NCBI RefSeq assembly: GCF_006345805.1
Contig: NC_042998.1
Location: forward strand, 126,170,001 to 126,234,000
Direction: 5' to 3'
Length of the DNA stretch: 64,000 nt
Source of the DNA: Octopus sinensis
Taxonomy: Eukaryota
The notes under the pieces were generated by a model. It was not told the origin of the DNA, searched no databases, and worked only from the letters and a program-made list of their open reading frames with translations. Shown piece by piece: positions 51,188 through 64,000 of this stretch. The position numbers were made by a program, and so were the translations under genes. The stretch's first letter is position 1, and every line of letters starts with the position of its first letter.

Positions 51188-53109
51188 TATATATATATAT
51201 AGAGGGAATATTTTAAAATGTGTGGAGTTGTAATTTTATTCACACATATTGTAGTCTGTTTGCAATAAAGGATTCGCTTTTAGAAAGGAGGGAAAATATC
51301 TGTAGCGTTCGTTCCTTTTAATATTGGTTCATTCTTATTCTACAATTTATTTGAATGAGGTAGAGTGTAATTATACTCCCTATCTATCTGAATTTATCAC
51401 AGCTGAAACATTAAATCTGAGGAGAAAAGGTAAACAACTGATTATAACGTGGTTATAATTTAGTTTCATTGTTCATTGTGGTTCCATTTAGTTATGGTTA
51501 ATGACAGTATAGAAAATAACTGGTTGACTGGCTGGCTTTATATTGATAGTATGATTGTAAAATAAGTTTAGTTCCTCCAGGGTTTATACTATTGTTTTAA
51601 TAGTTCTGTATATGTTTGATCCAATCCCATAGTTAATCTTTTTACTAGAAACATTAAGGGTATGTTTTTGTATTTAAAATTAGGGATTAGATCATCTTTA
51701 AGTTTAATGGAACATTTCTCCTGTTTGGTGTGTCTTTTAGAACCATATTTCATTTTGAAGATCCATGTTTAGATATCTTGTATATATCTAGCCAACATAA
51801 CTGTTTTGGACATAGTAACGTCCATATTTGTTCATTTTTATGTCTAGTTTTTTGTGCTAGCATGAGTTGAATATACACTTATTGAGGTATTATTTTACAA
51901 TTGGATTCTCTTGTTGCTAACCCTTACCTGTTTTTCAAGTATAGGAATTTTATTGTCTTTGAAAGTACTGAGCTATAAGGTGATTTGTTTACATGGAGTA
52001 TCATGTCACAGTCTTTTTCCCCTTTCAAATGATTTTATCTGATGACATGCAATGTGTACACACATACATAAAGGGCTTCTATACAATATCCATCTAATCC
52101 CACTCAAGAGCATTGACCAGTTGGAAGCTTTAGAACAAGACATCACATGTTGAGCTAGAACACAAAACTATGTCACAAAGTGAACTCTGTATCCACTTAG
52201 CTATATCTGTTCCTGCCATACATTTGCACAATTAAACTTGGAAATAATATTGATATTTAAAATTCCTAATTTGTCTAATGGGAACAGCTTGATTTCAATA
52301 TATATGTGTAAATGATGTGTTAATCTTAGCTTTATTGTTTTAGAGTATTCTTAAATGTTTTTCCTGATTGGTAAGATGATTCTGATTGGCTTTTGTATAC
52401 TTTTTCATTGTTTCCAGTCATTAGATTGTGGCCATGCTGGGTCTCAAATTTGAAGGGTTTAGTTGATGATGTTTGTTTAAGAATTGATTTCCTTTCCCCA
52501 TGCCCAACTATCTAATACATACTCAAGTTTTAATAACCAAATGAACTGTTATTATCAAGTTTGTTTAACCATATGCATGTTATCTATTTGCTTGTATTTG
52601 TTGATTGTGAGAAATGTTAAGCATGAAACATTGCTAGATTCAGATCAACTTGTGGCTGGGTATGTAAAATATGAATGATGTTATAGTCTCATTTTATTTT
52701 TTTTTCAACTAGGAATTACTGTAAATTTCTGACTGTTTATTATGGAGTTTTGAGCTTCCATATTTTCTTTTCCGATAGGCTTGTTTCTCTGTGTCTTAGT
52801 TCTATGTTTGAAGTCATTAACCATTAACCTATGCTGAGTTGTATATTCTTCATTTAGGAAAGACTTTGCATTTACAAGCATCTGTTTATGCTGTTCTCTG
52901 GTGAGAATGTAGTCAATTTGGCTTGTGTGTCAAGTGTGACTACTGAGCACACAAACTAATGCAGTAAAATATTTTAACAATTCTACAGTGCATTATAATA
53001 AATTGTAAAGCAAAATAAATACAGAGAAAGTTTACTTTCATTATTTTAATTTAATTAAGCTTCTTTAATTGTTTTGGTACTCCTGCACCTGATATTAATT
53101 GAACTGAGT

Positions 53110-54431
53110 CATCATCATCATCGTTTAATGTATGCTTTCCATACTGGCATGGGTTGGACAGTTTGACAGGACTGGTGGGCCAAAGGCTGCACCAAGCTCA
53201 ATCTGATCTGGCAAAGTTTCTACAGTTGGATGCCCTTCCTAACGCCAACCACTCCGAGAGTGTAGTGGGTGCTTTTACGTGACACTGACATGAGGGCCAG
53301 TCAGGTGGTTCTGCCAATGGCTATGCTCAAAAGGTGTTTTTTACGTGCTGCCTGCACAAGAGCCAGTCTGGTGGCACTGGCAATGACCACGCTTGAATGT
53401 TGTTTTTCACATACCACTGGCACATATGCCGGTAGGGTGATTCTGGCACTCAAATGGTACTTTTCACATGCCGCTAGCACAGGAGCAAATCTGTGGCCCT
53501 GGCAATGATCACACTCGGATGTGCTTTTAACGTTCCACTGGCACAGTGCCAATCAGATGGTACTGTTATCGGCCACATCAATGATTTTGATTTGTTTTCA
53601 CTTGCCTCAATAGCTCTTCGCAAACAAAGTTCATTGTCCAATGAATGAGGGGTACTCATAACTGGGCCAGTTACACCCCACGTTTGGATATGCTTTTAGT
53701 GTTCCACTGGCATGAGTGCCAATCAGGCGATACTGTCACAGCCACGTCAGCGATTTTGATTTCACTCGCCTCAATAGGTCTTCACAAGCAAAGTTTATTG
53801 TCCAATGGTTACACCCATTGGCATAGGTCAGGGTCTCACTTGTCATGTTGGGTCTTCTCAAGCACAGCATATCTCCAAAGGTCTCGGTCACTTGCCTTGC
53901 CTCAGTGAGGCCCAATGTTTTATGGTCATGCTTCACCACCTCGTCCCAGGTTTTCCTGGGTCTGCCTCATCCATAGGTTCCCTCAACTACTAGGGTGTGA
54001 CACTTTTTCACACAACTGTCCTCATTCATTCTCAACACATGACCATACCAGCGCAGTCATCTCTCCTGCACACCACATCTAATGCTTCTTAAATCCAACT
54101 TTTCTCTCAGGGCGCTTACACTCTGTTGTGTATGCACACTGACATTACACATCAGCGGTGCATAGTGGCTTCATTCCTTTCAAGCTTACGCATGTCATCA
54201 GCAGTCACGGCCCATGTTTCACTGCCATGTAGCATGGCTGTTCGTACACATGCATCATACAGTCTACCTTTTACTCTGAGCGAGAGACCCTTTGTCACCA
54301 GCCAAAGTAGGAGCTCTCTGAACTTTGCCTAGGCTATTCTTATTCTAGCAGCTACACTTTAAGAGCATCCACCCCCGCTACTGACTTGGTCCCCTGGGTA
54401 ACGGAAGCTATCAACTACTTGTAGTTTTTCT
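53110..54431 (-). mobile_element. 5'-truncated RTE copy with an expanded 3'-UTR repeat array
   Basis: Matches the intact element from VVDSFRY to the tail; ~65-bp degenerate units at 53265-53545. Confidence 0.92.
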
Positions 54432-55795
54432 CATAACCACCCACATCTACCTCAGAAATATCCCACAAATCAACATTTTTGATTTGTACCTAACTCTGAA
54501 ACAGAAATATGTCTGTGACATTCCTGCTTTCCCAAGATAAATTCCAAATGTGACTTGAAGACAAATTTGTAGAATTAATTTGTTACTTTAGTACTCATGT
54601 ATTGCTTTACCAAAATATTTTCTCAACTTTTATTGAAATATATTGTAGTTATATATTTTTATTCAATCGGTATATTCATGGAGAAGGCCGATAGCATTTA
54701 GTTGATGGAGATGGATAGTGGAACTCAAAGCTCTTGTTATTAGACCATAAAACATTAAATCACAGTTTGGTAGTCCCAAGCAGAGTTCAACTCCATTATA
54801 CTGTGTTGTATTCATTGTGCTGTTGAACTTATTTTTGTTTTATTTTGCCAGTGGGAATAGATGAATTGCTCACAATCTTAAGGTGCTCTCTCTTTCTCCC
54901 CCTGGCTCTCATCTTTTTTATGTCCTTTACTTTCCTAGTCTTTCCTCTAGTATCTGACAAAATCTTATAACTTTTTCTCCTTAATATTAACTGTGAACAT
55001 CCTCTGTACTTTTGTCTTATTTGTATTTACTTTGCTTTATGTGTATGTACATATCATTATGTCCACTTTTCTGTTTTCATGGGTCATATGGAATTTTTTG
55101 AGGCAGTATTCTGTATGGTCAGATGCCCTTCTTGTCACTAACCCTCATCTGTTTCCAAGCAAGATATTTCCCTCATGTCCAGATATGTTTTCCACTGAAA
55201 AATGGAAATGAACAACATTGCATGTATGTTGGTAATAATAATGATTGTGCATGTGGGTGAGATCTAGGTTTGAAGTTATGTACAAGCTACATCCATGTCA
55301 TTAAGCCTCCCATATAAAGAACTTAAGTAACTTGAGCTGGAGTGACTTTAATATTTACACAATTTAGTTAATGTCTATAACAGGCACATTGAAGGAGGCC
55401 AGCTGTAAATTATGTGTAGTCAACTTGAATAAATGCTTCTGTCACTAATCTGCATTGAAACCTAATTAAAAATTTTAATCTGCATTCCTCATTGTTAAGT
55501 AGTGAATGGAAGAGCTTTGGATATCTTAGACTATAGATTGTCTCTTGTGGGTATCATCACATTGAGTTCTTTGAATTGTTATTCACAGGTTTGTCTATTT
55601 TAGTTAATTTAATTATATAGATAGACATTAAACTTTATTATTCTTGTGGAATTCAGATTCTTTTAAAATTAAGAACTTTTAACATTTTGAACTGTTTAAT
55701 TTTTTTAATATCTAAATTGTTTTTTGAATAAAGATAATCTTTTTTGGATGCTCTTTCTTTTTCTCTTGCTCTCTCTCTCTGTCTGTATGTATGTA

Positions 55796-55832
<37 letters not shown>

Positions 55833-56619
55833 CAAGAACAGGAAAGGAGTAAACCTGTGGGCACTTTATATGACAAGGGAAACATCTGGCAGTATAGGAA
55901 AATGGCTGTAGTTTGAATTTGTTGCAGTAGTACCACAGTAGCATTTATTTAGCTCACCCACATAGAAATCTAGGTACAAGACAGCTCTGATGAGTGCACT
56001 TGTCAAAAAAAAGATACCATTGAAGGACAGTATTGCTTTGGGGCTGATGCCACTGTTTGGTTATAAGGTAGCTCAAGAGTGGGCAAGAGATGACTGGATT
56101 CTTGTGCTGTTGGAACCACATTTGATATTTCCCAGTTGTGCTCATTATTTGTTCATGTAGAAAATTAGGGAGCATAAAAATAGCATGCCATATATCTCTA
56201 AATATTTTCATTTGAAAAGAATTTGACAAGAAAAATACACAAAAGCATTTCTTAATTTTCAAGATATAATTTTTGTTTTTATATTAAAATTACAGTAACC
56301 AATGTTACCTAGGTGAAGAACTACTGTTACACATTTATGTAACAGAAGCTATCAAACTCCTAGCATACTTTCTGGCAGTCAAAAGAATCCATTTCTTGAG
56401 TGCTCTTATTGCTTAGTTCTGTGCATCTATTACATGTGAAATTCTTTTCTGTCAGCTTGCAAAATATCTCAATGCATCTTTTGGTATACAGTCTTGACTT
56501 GCTATCTGGTAATTTCCTGTATGTCAAGCTTCACTACCTCTCTGTTGTACTGTTTTATTTTCTATTTTTACTAAGACTTTGTCTTCTAGAATTGACCATT
56601 AAGGCCTTATCATTCTAAC

Positions 56620-56825
56620 CCTTCCATATTGGGAAGTTTTTGTTAACACTGACTGATTCAGTATACTGAAGTTCACACAAACAGCCAGTTTTGATCTCTC
56701 TTATGACCAAGAGAAGGTTAATAAACAAGAGTGGGCTGGGAATCAAGCCTTGATGTCCACTTCTGTGGACACTGAATTCTTTACACACCGCTAGCACAGC
56801 CCTTATAGCTATACCACTGCACATT
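56620..56825 (-). mobile_element. Old RTE RT fragment
   Basis: KEFSV...HQGLIPSPLLF...KTGCLCELQY matches the RT core of the intact element. Confidence 0.75.
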
Positions 56826-56899
56826 TTGTTTTAGTAACCACCAAACTACAAACCTAGTAGAGCTCCTGTCAAAGTCTATTCCAGGTTAGTGAAAGATAG

Positions 56900-58330
56900 G
56901 TATAACTGTTTCTTCTTGCTTAAAATCTTCTAGTTTCCTAATGAGGGCATTAGTAGTTCCATGTTCTATCACTGATCCAAACTGCAACTCATAGTTTCTC
57001 TACTGATTAATTTTGCTGACTAGATCTATGAGTTTAATCTCTCTAAAGCATCTCTTTTGTTGTAGCATTTCACAATGCTGCTGCTATGTCAGTTATTGGA
57101 AATAACACTGCATGTCCAACTTCATTGGATACTTCCAAGCTCTTAGTAACCGTTCCTTCCTGATAGGTTTGCTGTTTTCCCTGCCTTCATCTTTTAATGG
57201 TCCTTTCTACCATATAGAGCAGTCAAACTCTGGTTGGTCTCCCTTTGTTGAGTCCATATAAGGTGATACCTCTTTTCCTCTTCAACAACCACTTGTAATA
57301 CTAATGTCCCTTTCTTTTTATGTTGATGAGGGCAAATGCTCTACTATAATTTCATGTACTCTTTTCATCAACAAGATCTTGACTTGTGTTGACACATTAC
57401 TTGATAATCCAAAACTTTTCATGCTTTGTGATTAAGAGTATCAGTAGACTTCTTACTTTTGCTCCCCTCTTTTAAATATACTTGACATCTAATTTTCTGT
57501 TCTAGTTACCTAGTAATGTTCCTTGACTAATACTCCTCTGCTTTTTATGTTCCTTTTTATAACTCTTTCTGCTGTACTATACTGCCACCCTATTGCTCTC
57601 TCATTTTTCTAGAATCAAGTCTTTGTTCCTTTCAAAAATCTGGTCTTTGGTTCACAGTAGTTTGTGTTACAAGGAACATTCAATTGACTTCTATCTCCCT
57701 TTAATCATAAGTATCACATAGTCCTTCATACAAGCTACATACAGTTATGTAAGATCTTTTAGATTCCATATTTTTCTTTAATTTGTCTTTTGTTTCTGAG
57801 TCCATCTAATTATCCTGAGGTCACTAATTACTAGTCTATGCTGAGGGGTGAAGAAGGTCTTTGCATTCATAAGCAACTGTTTGTCCTGCTTTATGGTAAG
57901 GCTAAAGTATCTAGCTAGCATATTCACCTAAGTGATAGATGATCAGGTGATTAGATTATTTTCTGAAGATTTTGTTACAAATTTTTTTGTTTGTGTGTGT
58001 ATATCTTAGAGAACTCCAGTATCCTTAATAGCTCTTTAGTTCTTGTACCATAGCTATATGTTCATCAGAAGTAGTTATCCTGATATGGTCTACTATAGTT
58101 ATTAACAATACCAACCATGATAATGAAGTCCTTGTTGCCTGTTTTAGATGTCATCTGCAAGTAGGACTTGCAAGAACGATCCTTTTGCACACTTGTAAAT
58201 TCTGAAAGCTTGTTTATTCGTTTCATATTCTGACTACTTGATTACTGTATGTTCTTTGCCTGTATGTGAAGTTTGGTCTAGGACCCTCTGCATGTCACCT
58301 CATGTACACTGCACACGTTTTTAATATCTT
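56900..58330 (-). mobile_element. Highly decayed LINE (probably RTE) endonuclease-region relic
   Basis: Only scattered EN-like translation (KDFIIMVG); weak. Confidence 0.35.
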
Positions 58331-58517
58331 TACTCTAATGTCCCTACAATCCCTCCAGATTTACTTTTTCATTATGCCGACAGTAATGGTAGCAGACCTA
58401 AAATTCTGAATGGAAGAGAGTTTCTTGTGGTGATGAGTGAGATGGGTTTGTCTGTACTTGTCAGGAAGAGAGTTGCTGTGATTGTCAAGCCATCCCCACT
58501 ACAATGCAAAGTACTGA

Positions 58518-58961
<444 letters not shown>

Positions 58962-59694
58962 TAACTGGTACGTAAAAAGCACCAACTACACTCTTGGAAG
59001 GGCATTCAGCTGTAGAAACCATGCCAAATCAGATTGGAACCTGGTGCAGCTCCCTGGCTTACCAGTTTTCAGTCAGACTGTCCAACCCATGCCAGCATGG
59101 AAAGTGGACGTTAATGATGATGATGGTTTTTTTCAGTTTTTGAGAATATATTGATGTATGTCACACATCATAAATCACCATCTTGGTGCATGTGTGTATA
59201 TACGGCAGTAATAGGATAAGGAATGATAGTTCATTGATGGAAGTATTTTGGCTGAAAGAGATCTCACTTTTCTTGCTAAAAGACAGTTGTAATTCTTTGG
59301 GAACATGTCTAATATGCAAGGCAACTGATAGGGTATAACTCACTGAAAGGCACTAGTTCCATGGCTGGAGCAGGAACATAACCAGACAATGAGCAATGTG
59401 GATATGGTATAGGTTTATATAAGACAAATATGTAATTTGTTGTGGGGAAATTATATTTGGAAGCTAGATGTTGGATATAACTAACTAGGAGATATGGGGT
59501 ACAAGATAGCTTTGCCATATCTCTATATACTGAGATATCAAGACTACTTTGAATTACAATGTGCATATCAGGATTGTGCAAGAAGGTTGATAAAATCACA
59601 CTATAAAAAAAGATTGAGTAAGATAAGGCATTCTGCTCCTAAAGGAGAAATCAGGTGAGCCAACAGAAGGCTAGATTAGTGTTTCTCACTTTTG

Positions 59695-59980
59695 TCTTTT
59701 GCTTGCTTCAGTCATTTGATTGTGGCCATACTGGGGCACTGCCTTAAAGGGTTCTTAGTCAAACAGACTGACTCCAGGAATGTTTTTTTTTTTTTAAAGC
59801 CTAGTACTTATTCTATTGATATCTTTTGCCAAACTGCTAAGTTACAGTGATGTAAACACACCATCACCAGTTGTTTTGTTGAGTGGTGACAGGGCTTCTT
59901 TCAATTTCTGTCTATCAAATCTGCTCACAAGGCTATAGTAGGAAGCAAGCTTCTTACCACACAGCTATGCCTGTGCATAT
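59695..59980 (-). mobile_element. tRNA-derived SINE relic (family of 40441-40823) in eRF1 intron 2
   Basis: gtggccatactgg...gcctagtacttattct...ctaagttac motifs. Confidence 0.8.
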
Positions 59981-60144
59981 ATATGTATTATCAAATCAAG
60001 GTATGCAGCTATATTAGTCATTTTAATATATTACAAGTTTTTATATTGAAAGATATTAAATGTAAAAATCTCTTTGGAATGGATTTTACTAGTCTGGTTT
60101 TATTCTTGCTTAGTCAAATAATAACAGAATTTTTTCTTTTTTAA

Positions 60145-60327
<183 letters not shown>

Positions 60328-61229
60328 TAATAACTGGTTATTACACAGTGGAGATGACTTAGTACTTTCATGGCAATATTTCTAAAATAATTTACTACCT
60401 ATGTGTTTTAATTTTGTATATAAAGATCTTGAAAAGATTGAGCAAAATAACTAACCTTTGCATAATAAGTTGGTGTTTTAGAACATAATTAAGACAGAGG
60501 GTTTTCCAAATAAAATTGGAAGAATGAATTTACATATGAGCTCTTAAAGTATTTTTTTTAATCAGCACTAAAGTTGGTCTTGTGTAATGGTTATCAAAAT
60601 GGTTAAGGATGTTTTAACAACTTTTGTTGGTTTCTGAACTTGCAGGATAATCTTGTTACAGTGTTTAAATTTATGTAAATGTAGCAGTGAAAATCTTTAC
60701 TGGCATTGCTTTAATACATCAAAATTTGTCTGTGATATATATAACTGATAAACTATCTCATGAATAGCATAACACTCTTGCAGTTGTTTTGAAGCATTAA
60801 AGTAGACTCTCAGGATCTACTGTCTGTGCAGTCAGTGAGCGTATAACCTTTTGTAAAACATATGGCTATCCTTTTTGCGGATTCATCTAATTCCTTTATG
60901 CACATTTTATAACTACAAAAAAGATTCAATACTTTAAACATAAAATACCGAACTGAATACTGTAAAATAACTTATAAAGCTTTTTCATTTTACCATTATC
61001 AGTTCTTTTAAAATAGCACCCTTATGTTTTAATGAAAAATTTATGCTCAAAATTGTGATGTTATATCATTATGAACCATGATTCCTCTGTACACTAGTTG
61101 TAACTGATCCATATATTATGATCTTTTTGGGATTCTTGATTTATGTACGATATATACTGGATGAATTGTGCCAGTTTTCAAGTATTACACACTGTGTAGC
61201 ACCTTATTGGAAGTTTTCTTTAATTACAG

Positions 61230-61368
61230 GCTTTAACAGCACTTTTGGCAGATGATAATAAGTTTGGTTTTATTGTGATGGATGGTAACGGAGCCTTATT
61301 TGGAACCTTATCTGGAAATACACGAGAAGTACTTCATAAATTTACAGTTGATTTACCAAAGAAACACG
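61230..61368 (+). CDS. ETF1: eRF1 coding exon 4 ([19 protein letters not shown]...DLPKKH)
   Basis: Acceptor ttacag|, donor |gtaaat; 139 nt; conserved eRF1 M-domain start. Confidence 0.98.
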
Positions 61369-61923
61369 GTAAATTTTTACAAGCATTTCAGCTTTTCATC
61401 AAATTGTCTTTTTGCAGCATGCATCAATATTCAGCTTCGTATATTATAACTTTGAAACAAATATACTATTTTTTTTTTCTTCATATATAACTTTTACCAA
61501 TATTTACAGGCAATAGTTACTATCCCAAATATTTGTTTTGTAATGTAATCACAGATTATTTTTAGTCCTTTAGCATTCAGATTACTCAGTCAAATGTAAT
61601 GCTTATTTATTCTCATTGCTTTGAGTTAATCATGCATCATCTCAATAGCTTTTAGATTTTGATGATGTAATTGTATTTTTTTAGAATGACATCATAAGGG
61701 TATGTGCGAAAGACTAGATTTGGCCAGTCTTAACATAAAAGCAAGTAGAATATTTAAGCCAGATCTAGCTGGTTTAATTGCTAAACGGTTAAAGCAGTGA
61801 CTTGATTGGTTTTGCTGAGGACACCACCACAGTTGCTATAGAGCTTGTTGGATGTATTGTCTCTAGTTACTCTATTTCTAAAATTGCTTTTATATATATA
61901 TATAAAAGCAGTTTTATATATAT

Positions 61924-62781
<858 letters not shown>

Positions 62782-62865
62782 TAGTACTTGGTATTTTAGT
62801 CTTGCACATTTAAAGAATTTTGAGGCTATAGTGCAACTGAATGCTGTTTTGTTTTTCTATTTCAG

Positions 62866-62995
62866 AGATTACAAGGCAAAATTATCAAGATAGTTGATGT
62901 TTCCTATGGAGGAGAGAATGGTTTTAATCAAGCAATTGAACTAGCATCAGATGCTTTAGCGAATGTTAAATTTATTCAAGAAAAGAAATTGATAG
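62866..62995 (+). CDS. ETF1: eRF1 coding exon 6 (RLQGKII...[13 protein letters not shown]...EKKLI); the rest of the gene lies beyond the window
   Basis: Acceptor tttcag|, donor |gtattt; [11 protein letters not shown] motif; 130 nt. Confidence 0.97.
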
Positions 62996-64000
62996 GTATT
63001 TAAAAAAGTTTTTTAAAATTTTATTTTAACGAAACTATTACTTGGAGCCTGATGCAGCTCTCCAGCTTGCCAGCTCTGGTCAAACCGTTCAGCCCATGCC
63101 AGCATGGACAATGGACATTAAATGATGATGATATGGCTGTGGTGTTTCCTACATACTATAGTGTACTAAAGAATAAACCTTTGAAATTGAATAGCCGGAC
63201 AGTCATTAGTGAGTGTCTTTATACAATCTCAGTGTAATTAGTAATAGGAATCAGCTGGACCAATTTCAAACTTCATTAGCAACTGGCACTTTTCTCAAAC
63301 TATCCACTATGTATGTGTGCATGCAACTGCTATTATTAAGGGTTTTATTAAATTGAACTCACAATTTGCAGAATTGCATTCTTGACAGCTGGTTTGGTTA
63401 ATGAATTAATAACGTCTTATCAGTGTTCATTTTTGATGCTGTACTGTTCTACAGAATAAACTTATCAATGTTTGTGTATCCAATTCAATACACAGTGGTT
63501 ATATATGCAGTTCACTGGATGGTTAGAGCTGATCTCTTTTTCTGCCCATGGTAAAATTGTATAAAATTAACTGTATTTAATTTCAGTTTAGATATGCCGT
63601 GCTTTTTTGAAATTTATGAATTTATTCTGTGGCTTCAAAAACAAATATGTTAGTAATTTATAAATGTACATGGGCAGTGTAGATAGTAGAGACAGTAGTG
63701 TTGTTTGCTCTGTGGTCAGCTTTTTATTTTTGGTGGGGTCAAATATGAATATTATGGTCAATACCTATTAGTCTTAGTGCTTGGTATTAAAAGCTGTTGT
63801 CGCCACAGATATGATTCATACCAATGGGAATTATCTTAAAAAGGCTTTGCACTGTCAAGTTTAAAAACCTCTCTGATAAAATAACACTGATATTTAATTT
63901 TCATTATTGCATTCCGGAATTTGATTAAAAATGTTTGGTTGATGATAAAAATCCTTAATATTTGCAAGGTGTAACCACTGGTTTATAATACCCAAAGTTT

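Noticed and set aside
53265-53720. CRISPR-like repeat-spacer appearance (also 19300-19870)
   Set aside because: Spacers are homologous to each other, repeats are degenerate, the context is a eukaryotic LINE 3' UTR, and no cas genes are present.

Overview
AT-rich, repeat-dense eukaryotic DNA, most likely from an octopod cephalopod (inferred from the SINE/LINE families). The right third holds the first six coding exons of the eukaryotic release factor 1 gene (eRF1/ETF1, + strand, ATG at 41980, 16.5-kb first intron); the gene runs off the window. The main accessory element is an apparently full-length RTE-clade LINE (- strand, about 19148-23624) with an uninterrupted 1037-aa ORF. That ORF encodes an APE endonuclease and a reverse transcriptase (RT) with a C4HC3 PHD finger inserted inside the RT domain. 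The element has tandem arrays in both UTRs, sits between (TA)n tracts, and is bracketed by a 145-bp, ~98% identical inverted repeat pair. Also present: many truncated RTE copies, an ORF1-only (L1/Tx1-like) relic, CR1- and Penelope-like relics, tRNA-derived SINEs, and mariner, hAT, piggyBac and Helitron-like non-autonomous elements. Several inverted duplications are centred on or abut (TA)n tracts. A divergent minus-strand gene upstream of eRF1 is possible but could not be established.
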